Shown piece after piece: positions 1 through 47,800 of a stretch of 63,854 nt of DNA; position 1 is the stretch's first letter, and every line of letters begins with the position of its first letter. Origin of the DNA: Phoronis australis (Eukaryota; Animalia; Phoronida); assembly GCA_002633005.1 (NCBI GenBank), contig NMRA01000117.1, positions 273,694-337,547 on the forward strand, read 5' to 3'. Under the pieces are notes generated by a model. That model was not told the origin of the DNA. It did no database searches and saw only the letters and a program-made list of their open reading frames with translations. The position numbers and the translations under genes are program-made.

Positions 1-383
1 CGGGTAGTTAGTGCTGGATGCAATATTTCTCGACACTAGTCGTGCGGGGGATTCCGTATGAAGCCACCTTGACGTCACAGAATAGGAAGGTATTCCCCAA
101 AGATGGCTGCCAGTATTTGCCGATCGTCATTGTGACACTTATAGTAAAAATAGACGGCAAAAGTTCCTAATGTCGAGTTATTTCTTAATATTTAGCGAAC
201 TTAAACAATGAATTGTAGGTTTCAATGAAATTTATTAATAATAAATGTTAAAATTCTTCGTTTAGCCTTCATTTTCGCCGAGGTTGTTTTGGAACAGGCC
301 GTCTTTTTTCCGTCTGGGCCGTGCCGTCCAAAGCCGTCATTTTTTTAAAAGGGCGGCCAGGACGGCCGCTAGATGAGTCCCTG
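1..383. mobile_element. One end of a hAT-like DNA element (rest outside the window), in a RIOK3 intron
   Basis: Ends in ...gatgagtcCCTG (CAGGG terminus on the minus strand). Clustered subterminal GCCGTC/GACGGC motifs at about 298-367, locally GC-richer than the flank. The other terminus and TSD are not visible. Confidence 0.5.
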
Positions 384-677
384 CCTTACAGTGTCACATA
401 GACTTCTAAAAACAGCACATAAACTCACAGTATCATGCCGACTCCTAAAAAGACAACCCCACAATGTAATACACACTCATGGAAAGACAAATGAGTGACA
501 TTGATACATTTATAGTTTCATGCACACTTATGTTAAATAACAGCGTGTGTGTGCATCATTTGCCCAAGGCGTGTATTTGTAAAAGCACTGCAATTGTTGA
601 ATACAAAGCCAACTTGGCTTTCAAGTGTCACGCTAGGTTTTGTGATGCCAAATCGAGTAGTTTTAAACTTGACTTAC

Positions 678-871
678 CCTGGGTCATCAGGAGGCAAGTT
701 TATACTGCCTTCCTCTTTCAGCTGTAGATCAGAGGCCAACTGTTCACTCATGACATCTAACAGACTACATGGGGCAGCAGCTGGTGGAGTGCTGGCCCAG
801 CCCTTCCACGGTGATGTGTTGTTCGCAACAGCTTCTACCGCTACAGTATTCCCAGATATTTTGCTTTCCAT
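678..871 (-). CDS. RIOK3: Serine/threonine kinase RIO3, first coding exon (gene continues left of the window)
   Basis: MESKISG...PW...PCSLLDVMSEQLASDLQLKEE matches the RIOK3 N-terminal motif (human CSLADVMSEQLAKELQLEEE). GTAAGT donor at 677, CAG acceptor at 885-887 just upstream of the ATG. Confidence 0.85.
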
Positions 872-1674
872 GTTTCTTGTAAAACTGCATCAAACAGAAT
901 AAACAATGAGGACTCATGAAACCATAATTGTCATGGATTAAAACGTACAAAAACTATTTTTACTTGTAAAGCTTTGGTCTTTTTAAGGTCTTCGTGTAAT
1001 TCATTAAATCAAATCTACAACAAGGAAAATTTATTTGGCTATGTGCAAAAACTCTCATGCCAGCCAAGTTGTTCTAAGGCAACTGAGAACGGCTCATATC
1101 GGATTTGAGACCAACATGATTTCATACAGATCTATGTCAAAACAATACAAGTCTATTAGATGAGCACTGCTTATTCTGTTACATGGTCAGTGTCGAATTG
1201 AACAAAAGGCAATTTCCATGTCCTTCATACAACTGATAACTAACTCATTTGCCAAGTAGCAGCCAATCACAGGGTAGCTAGTGATTGACAACTTTGATGG
1301 GGAATACTGCCATCCTGAGTTACACAGTGCTCAAAACTTCAATTTCGTGGTATTTACCCACAATATTGCAAAGACTGTCGACCACTTTTACAGCCTCGTT
1401 CAGAGTTTCTCATGTTATTTATTGCTGTCTCACTTTGACAAATTTTTCTCGGTTACCTTTCAACGTCAAAGATGTTTTATTGCTGAGCCATGGGAAGGCA
1501 ACATCGTAGCCCCTCGGTTGGCCATTTAGGGGCTACAATACTTCCATTCGCTTTCTGTACACATTTCGTTCCATGTATTTTAAATGGGCAGTAGGCCAAA
1601 TATGGCCACCGATTTTGAGTTTTCACCTCGTCAAAAGTATATTCCACACTTAAAATGACCACTTAAGCGCTTAC

Positions 1675-1800
1675 TTTCTTCATTGGTCCTTTCTGCTTCT
1701 ATACATATCTTTGATGAAGTTTAGTTGTGAGAATTAGGTGACTTTGGCGAAGAATTCCAACTCCACTTTTTTGGTTGCTCTTAACTTTTCACCACACATG
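1675..1800 (-). other. RIOK3: Putative non-coding 5' exon of RIOK3
   Basis: AAA|GTAAGC donor at 1674, immediately downstream of the CpG/E-box block. Needed to supply the acceptor at 885. The start is approximate. Confidence 0.45.
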
Positions 1801-2021
1801 CGATAACCAAGAAGTATGTCAACTGAGTCACGTGAGTTAGGCAAAGGCTAGCGCGAGACTGAGCGAAGCACGTGATGCTAGCGCGTGACGCTAGCGTATG
1901 ACACTTGCAAAATAGCATGAGAAGGTATCAGGTGAAATTTGTAAGATTTGTGTTCCTTGGATTTTTTTATTCGTCAAGATGCGTGATTTCACGTAACGTA
2001 ACTTCCTCAAAATGGCACCCG
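1800..2021. promoter_or_regulatory. Bidirectional promoter-like block 1
   Basis: CpG-enriched. E-boxes GTCACGTGA (1827-1835) and GCACGTGA (1868-1875), repeated GCTAGCG, ETS-like ACTTCCT (2001-2007), YY1-like AAAATGGC (2009-2016). Splice donors point outward on both sides (1674 minus, 2022 plus). Confidence 0.55.
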
Positions 2022-2523
2022 GTAAGAAAAAACTCGAGCACACCACGACAGATTTTCATTGATTTGTTCAAATTATCTTGACTGAATAATCTCCAGACTT
2101 ATGGTATGGGTTGTTTATAACTCCATGTGCAAATATGCATGTTTCATTTGATTTTATTTCCTGTATTTTGAAATGAGTAACTTTTTGAGGGTATGTACTA
2201 TCGCACCTGCATGCCTGTGGCATCCAGGGCGATGTACTTGCCTAAGCCATGGGCAGCAACACTGAAGACAGAAAGTTGGATAAACTTGAGAAGTATTCAT
2301 GGATGGGTGTTTTCTGACGTGATCCTTCAAATAAGCCTGAATTCCCAAAACAAGGCCAATGATACAACACATTCTCTTTCCTCAGAGACACAAGAGAGCC
2401 TTAGGTGAGACCATCATATTTCAATTATGTCTGATAAATAGAGCAAACTGCAAAGGCTATTCAATGTCAAAAGCCATGACTGTTATGTCAATGCTTATGT
2501 GAGATGCTACTAGTGTACACTAC

Positions 2524-2597
2524 GGTACATCGAGACATTGGACACACATGGTAGGCACATCGAGATATTGGACACACATGGTAGGCACATCGAGACA
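2524..2597. repeat. 30-bp tandem repeat, about 2.5 copies
   Basis: ggcacatcgagayattggacacacatggta repeated. Confidence 0.85.
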
Positions 2598-3809
2598 AGA
2601 CATTTTATTGTTATTTTCCAGTGTTTTTACATCTGTGCCATGGATGTTGTAGTTATAGCGCTGTGATGTGATTGCCCTGCTTTATGTCTCATGTTGTGAT
2701 GGATACAACTGTGCTGCGTTAATGCTGAGAGATAAGCCCAGTGTCAGTGACCTCTGACTTGGACCTGGTCACATACTGTGCTCTGTGTATTTCTTGCTAT
2801 TATTATACTTGGACACATCTGTGCTATAATCCTATATACATGCTTTGTGTCTTCATCTGTGATTGTTGGTTATAGGCCCCAGTGTTCTCCACATTATAAA
2901 TTCCAAACTCCACGCAAATGTTGAATGTCAGTTAATGACATTGTTTTGTGTCTACCCATAACCATGGTCATGCTGGAGGTATTTATATATGGTTTAAAAC
3001 TGCACACTGCACTGGTGTGACCTACTTCTTAGACACTTCAAAGTTTAGCTTTCCTACCAATGCATCTCATAATTTCTCCAAAGCATTTGACAGACCAAGA
3101 GCAGCAAACAAAAGATCAAAAGTTCCTTTAATAATACCAATGCCGATTTTAATATCAATTAGACATATTAAGTACTACTAACATGAGTTCTGANATATGA
3201 CCAGTACCAACTGTAGACAAGCACCAAAAATACTCCATATCCATACGTCTACCTGGCCTTGGCAGTGACCAAACTTATCTAATAGTGTTGTGACACATGA
3301 TTTCTGTGTGTGACCTAGAGTTGTATAAAGCCAAGCGGCCCATACCTCTTGACTAAACGGTTTTGATGCTCGACACTCGCAGCAGTGGCCTGGGATCCAT
3401 ACAGGATACCCACTGTCGACGCCTGACGAGTGTCGGATAGGCATATGGAATTTTCTACAATAGATTGCATGCGCGGACTAAACAATGCAGTCCCACAACC
3501 CTGGTCTGGGACTGGAGTTTGGACCCCACTTATGGAGATTCTTTGGAGCGTGATTAGTCAAACACAGTGTGTCCCTTAAATGACAACTCACGGAATAGAA
3601 CGTGCTCAGGCAAGAAAAACAAGTCCAGCACGAGGCAGCAGAGAAACACTGACGACTCAAAACAGACGAGTGTACTTGTCTTTGACAAAAATCATAATCT
3701 AGTTAAGTCTCTATGACATTTAGCTGTCTCGGAACTTACCTTTAAGTTGAGTTTGGGGCTTATGAAGAAGGAAAATACGACAGCAGGAGAACCAATATTG
3801 CACAACACA

Positions 3810-4110
3810 ATTTCACCACCGGATGTAATTGTTAGTGTCACAGCGCCACCTGTATGAAGCACTGGGGAAAGGGTACTAGTGACATCTAGTGGTGGATAGT
3901 ACAAAATTTAGACAAGACTCACATTTTTATGTGTATCTTTGCTACCTTTGTTTACGGAATAAGTTGCCTCACAGTTAGGTGTCAGTCAAGTGTTAAGGTC
4001 GACTTGAAAGCCTTAACCTGACAGTGGCAAACTGTTTAAGAGCACGACGCCCCCGCAGTTGATGCTCCTTTAATTAATCAGCTGTTTTTCAGCGTCACCT
4101 GTTAGAAATT
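3810..4110. promoter_or_regulatory. Promoter/insulator-like block 2 upstream of the SEC14L1 ATG
   Basis: ETS-like CCGGATGT (about 3819-3826) and two CTCF-like motifs on the minus strand (about 3841-3856, 3879-3895). Perfect AAG|GTAAGT minus-strand donor at 3739. Strand skew flips here. Confidence 0.4.
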
Positions 4111-4429
4111 TGTGTAGTTTATCTCAGGGTGTATGAATATAAACTTCAATTTACTTTAGAAGAATAGTTACATTGAAGCCCTATTTACTTCCCTTCGTTT
4201 ACACTGCGAATAATGCAAAGCGTACGAATGTTTTTGAATAACCAAATTTTTAATTGAAGTGCTTTCCATAATGGACTATATTTTGTTCGTGATGATGACA
4301 CCAATACTGTTAGTAGTGGTTAGGTTCTGCGATTGTGGTTCACAGAAATGAGCATTTTGTGTATGGGTGCGACGAAGTCGTGTTAAAATCTAGTAACGAT
4401 GAGTTGATTTGTTAACCGATGAGTCAGAA

Positions 4430-42297
<37,868 letters not shown>

Positions 42298-42418
42298 CCC
42301 GAGGTCAACTAAACATGACGGCAACACAGGAACTGATGTTGTCCTCAAGTTTTGAGGCTATATTAGCTGCATGCAATACTTCAGTTAGGAAAGTGTACCT
42401 CAACATATCAGACTGGGC

Positions 42419-42508
42419 ATGGTATTGTGAAACTTGTGTATGGTATTGTGAAACTTGTGTATGGTATTGTGAAACTTGTGTATGGTATTGTGAAACTTGT
42501 GTATGGTA
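42419..42508. repeat. 21-bp tandem repeat x4 in the SEC14L1 3' UTR
   Basis: tggtattgtgaaacttgtgta repeated. Confidence 0.95.
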
Positions 42509-44768
42509 TATTCTAGATGACGAGTTGGTTGTGGAACAGTTCATGTACAGAGGTTTGGAAATCCACCATACATCAAGCATGAGCAAGCATGCAGTATGTA
42601 GAATGGTTGTACACTTGCATACGGATTGAGCAAGGTTTTCTGTTATGAGTACATTATTGTGTATTTTCTTGAGACTCTAGAGGAAGAGGTAGCTTAGTTT
42701 TTACATTATATTATCTGAGATTTGTGTGCTAAGACACTATAGTGTGAAATATTTGCTTGAGAATAACAGTTAGTACCGAAGTGTTTGAGGAAAAATAGAC
42801 TTGTAAACGTGGCAGTTTAAATGTGATAAAAATGCTGTGATAACGTGAAGCAGAATATTGAATTGTTTCTTCAGTTTCGTTTCATTACCAGATTTTTACT
42901 GTGTTGATCCAGTCTTGTGAGAAGTCTTGTGATCAAGGAAATGCATACCCCTTCGTTCCAACAATTGAATGCGTACAGTATTCATAATGTTCCAGTGTCC
43001 AGTTTAGGTGGGCATGAGCTTGAATGATTTCCACTGCATTCAGTTGAGCTCCTGTTTGTTGTTTTGTTTGGTGAAGTGAAGGTCGTCACATCTCCCTCAC
43101 TTACTGCAAAGTGCTGCATATGACTTTGGGTCAGTTGTAATTGTATGTATTAAGTGTGCGTGAGTTGTTCGGAAGTTCAATGTGTAGTTAGAGATTTTTG
43201 TCTTTGTAATTGTTCACTCTTAGATGCAAAGACTAAGTGGATACCATAGTGCTGAGGCAATATAGTTGAAAGATTCTTTAATGTCGAACATAATTTATTT
43301 TACTATGTATTAGTTGTTAGGGCCAATTAACAAAATGTATTTACAAATTAATTATAGAATTTTTACTGTAAAATAACACTGTGTTGTTGTTGATTGCAAG
43401 ACACAGACAGTTGTACCATCCACACATTCACCTCACTGACCCAAGAAAGTGGCTTTAGACCTGTATTCCATCCAAGAACTTTTGGTTTAGAACCTACAGC
43501 TATGGAATTGGTTTTCCCTTGCGATTTGCGGTTTTCCAAAGAACTGACTGTTTGTTATTGGTAGAGGCCATGCTTGGTGCATAAAATGACGTGTTGTGAC
43601 AAATGAACTTGTAGAGTCTGGGTCCTGTTTCATGAAATCATCAACTTTTTTGGTCTTTGACTGAAATCGGGGTAACCTAAGAAACGTTTTCATAAAATTT
43701 CTTGAGACCAAAATTTAGACAGAAACTGGTTCAAGTCAAGATCGTATTTGTGGCCCAAATGACCCTTATTTACAACTTTCATCACTGTAAACTGTTGAAG
43801 AACAAATTTCACTTGATATTTTTCTCAATATTTTATGATCGTATGGCCCCAAAAATGTCAGATTAAAGACTGGGTTTATAGCCACTTGTAAATGCTGATG
43901 GAATAATGTATTATCCGAACATTGGAAACTCTGACAATAAATTTAAAGCTGCATGTTGTGCCATCTTTGAAAAACATCTCTTTGGTTCGTCTTATGGGTG
44001 GAACCCTCTGATTTACATTTTGAATACGGACATTCCTCCCGCTTGTAAAACCACAGACAGAACTGAGTGATCATCGATTGCTTTAACAGAAAAAATGGTC
44101 ACTCCTAATTTGACAAACGCTGATTTTAAGTTAGCAGTTTCAGATTTTCCCTAGAAGCATTGCACAAGACCAAAAAAGAAAATTGAAATGAATTTGCTTA
44201 CAAGTTGATTTAAAACCACATTTACTACAGTAATTGTTTTCACAATCTCCCTTGATTCACTTGGTGACGAAGGGAATTTTACTCCAAAACCTCTGTTGTC
44301 AAACACTCCCTGCCCACAAAAAAGAAAGGAAAATCAGATTCCCAACAAATTGTGCAACAGATGGACAAATCTGGTGAATATGGAACAGACACAAATGAGT
44401 CCTGTTTAGTGTGTGAATACAGTACAAGAGAAAAGTAATTGGACACAATATCGTTTCCCCAGCAAAAATGACTGGTAATAACCATTATGGGACAAAATTA
44501 TAATGATGGAATGGCTTGGATACCTTACTAACTTATGTTACAAGCAAAAACCTCTGACAATAATGAATTTGCCTTCTGGCCAGCTGTGGGAGTTGTGGGT
44601 CAGTTTGACTCTATGCGTTTGGCGAGTACTATTCCCAGTTATGGCACTTAATATGTAAGAACGGGTTTCAGGCTCTCAAAAGTCACAACCCAAGTCAGAA
44701 TCTTTGTTTGACATTCATCCACCAAATCAATGTCTCCTAGCAAAGTCAACTGGAATTGTGGGTTGCAG

Positions 44769-44830
44769 TTATAAAGCAGCCGAAGTTTTAATCTTCCATC
44801 GCACCTCATCTTCTGATGTCTTCAGTGGTT
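44769..44830 (-). CDS. LACTB2: LACTB2 exon 7 (last)
   Basis: ttgtag|(E)[19 protein letters not shown]; correct phase, conserved C-terminal W. Confidence 0.75.
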
Positions 44831-47800
44831 CTACAAATAATGGAAACCTCAGTGTCGCTCAAACTTCATGTATCTCTACTGGTCTACACATACCCCAGTT
44901 TTTAGAAAAACATCACAAAACACTGATGTTTGGCAATAGATAAAACATACAAACAGACAACTGAAGCACCACTAACTTTAAGATGTAAGAAATTTTCTTG
45001 GCAACAGACCAGCACAAACTGGGTTCTTGTAGACATAGCCCTGGACAATATGTGAATGAATAATTTCTGGCATTATAATGCCTACATCTCATTAATTTAG
45101 TATTTAAAGACTTCTTGCCTTCAGAGAAAAATAAAAGTGGAAAAATTATTGCAGAAATCTCACTTTAATACCTATGAGAGCATTTTATGTACAATTTTGA
45201 GTACCGTATTCGCCGTAATAACTGCCCATGCCCCTATAAGAACCCTCCCACGCGTTTTCAGACTTTGCTGAAATAAGCGCCCAGTCCATGAACGTGTACA
45301 TGCTAACAATGACGTACCAACAGTCCTAAAACTCGGCTACAGCAACGTCTTCAATTTATCAAAAAAATTTTGCACGGGTCTTCTAGACCACCAGCGGCAC
45401 TGCTACGTTTGTATTTAGCCGTGACTTTACACTTCAAAGTAACGCAGCGCTTCAAAAAGAACACAACAGCGTTGCCACGCTCTCGCGACGACTGCTTCCC
45501 ACTATGGTCTGACCTTTCAGTAGACACGTCGACTGTCTCAGGAATAAAAATAACTCGGTGTTAAACGCACGTGGCCAGGAAGCACGCGCTACATACATGA
45601 ACCTGTCATCAAAGACATTAGTCGGGAACTATCCATTCATGAAACGGGTAGCATAGCATCGATAAGAAATGAATATTGGCACTAATTTCCGACAATTTCT
45701 AATACTATAAAACATGTTTGCGTTATTTTTGAGATGGATTGTTTGATTAACCATAATTGGTGTTTTTAAGCCGAATATCCGATAAAATGACAACTGACAG
45801 TGAATGCTTACACACCCTTACACCGAAAAATAACTGTCAGATAGTTACGTACGCATCCAGCTACACGGCGACTAATATGGGCCTTACCGAGACAAATGTC
45901 GAAAGTTTTTAGCACGAGACCGGCAAGTGCTGAATGAAACACGCTCTGGTTTAGGCCTACTGCTTGTGCAAATTTCTTTAGACACATCTAGCTAGTTAGA
46001 TTGCGTGGCTCTGGCCAAAAGACGGTCTCTGCTTTGGCAAATGAACTCTGGTGACACGCACGCGCTCGCTTACTCGCAGACGAACTTCAAAACAAACGTC
46101 ACGTGACAACAACATGTGTGTTCGTCCAGACATTTTTCTCGCCGTGTTGCCGATCATACATGTAGATGGCACGATGTTGCACAGATTTGTACTTAAACCT
46201 GCCGTTAATCCAGACTCCACGGGAACTTAAAAAATCTTAGAGACGCTACTTATAAAACTTAATGAGGATTTCAGGTAATTTGCTTGAGTCGAAACCATTT
46301 TTATTCAAGCATTGAAGTCGCCATATCGAAGACGGCGATTTCGAGGCAGTCAGTCGGCGAGTTTTCGCCCTGGGATTTCAGCACAATTTTCTGTAAAATG
46401 ATCGTAATTTAGCAGCAAAGTTTGATAGCAATGCACCACAGTTTTGTTGAAAGTCTTTCATAGATTACATATACGTTACAGAGCGTAAATTTGATGAATC
46501 TTAGCTTCCGATTTCACCCGTTTCGGAGACCGGGTTTCAACCGCCTGGGGTTATAATAAGCGCCCCCCCCCTGAACCGAACTTTTCTAAGTGCCCTGGGC
46601 GGTTATTATGGCGAATACGGTAATTCTGTATTTCGTTAATTTTATCCTGTTTGTTGCATATTGTTAGAAATATAAGTGACACTTCCTGATAACAAATTCA
46701 TTTTCTTGTGAGAGTCTTGCTTTACTTTACCTTTGATACATAGCACATCACTGGGTAGTCACTAGCAGATCCCTGGGTAATCACTAGGTAATGCCTAAAA
46801 AATTTTCCTGCTCACTGTGTTAATATGATAGCGTAGACTAGTGAAGAACTCACCAACTTTAGCTTCCTTCTGTAGTTTAGTAAGGTGATGTGTGACATTT
46901 GACGCAGCAGCGGGGTAAAGGTGCTGAGGGGTGTCCTACAAGAAATGTAAACGGAGCATTTCGAAATAGGGCTTTAATCGGTGCAAGAAAACTACGCTTG
47001 TGACCAAATCAATTCCTTATAAATTCATTACAACTGCACAATTTGGGGATTACACTAAGTGATCAGTCACTCACTTCAGTTCAAACAAAAATCCAATGCA
47101 GAAGAAGAGAAAAAATTAAGTGTATTTGCAATTATGGAAACACTGAATTGCACTTTACAGGTAGAGACCATTAGCTCCTCATTTTCACTGAAACAGAAAT
47201 CTGTTTTGGCAAACCTATCATTCTGTTTTTCCATTTTCTAAATTAACATATTCTGCTTTACTAATTTCAAAGTGATAAGTTCCTTCACTTTTTCCACTGA
47301 ATTACGCTGAAGCCGTTTTACCGATGACTTGCAGCATGCCATGACATGTTTATTGCATCTCGAAAACCAAAAAAGAACAGCACCTCCTTCAATAAGAAAA
47401 AAACACATGAACAAGTCTGCTCTAAAACGAGCAACGGTAGATTTTGTAGCTAGAACATGCCAAATTTGATGGATTATATAATTCATTTAAGACAAAAATA
47501 TTAAAAGCAAAGTATGTGATACTGCTATATGGAAGTTCAGATTACAATCTGTAATCCCCTGAAAGAAGTTACACTGTGTTAATTCCGTCTGTTTTCCTCT
47601 ATCACCAAAAACCAGGGAATCTATACAGGCCTTCAAACTTGTGCCGCTGCTTTCCACAAGACATTTTGTATTCACTCACAATGTAAACAATTTTGACAAT
47701 GTCCATAGCTGTCATCCATTTATCAGCATTAGTCTTTAGTGCTTTTAGTATTTGTTCTTCTCGTTGATTTCTGTGTGAAATGTAGTATTTAATCCACTCC

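Noticed and set aside
2660-2730. C/D box snoRNA (GTGATGT...CTGA)
   Set aside because: Imperfect C box, no terminal stem and no convincing 10+ nt rRNA complement
3194-3194. Duplication around the first N
   Set aside because: No repeated sequence seen on the two sides. The gap size is unknown, so distances across it are unreliable.
3339-3660. Telomerase RNA, U17/snR30, U3 or hammerhead identity for the hairpin array
   Set aside because: No CUAACCCU template, the U17 m1/m2 look-alikes are mismatched and misplaced, no U3 5' domain, and the CUGANGA motifs lack a correctly placed GAAA
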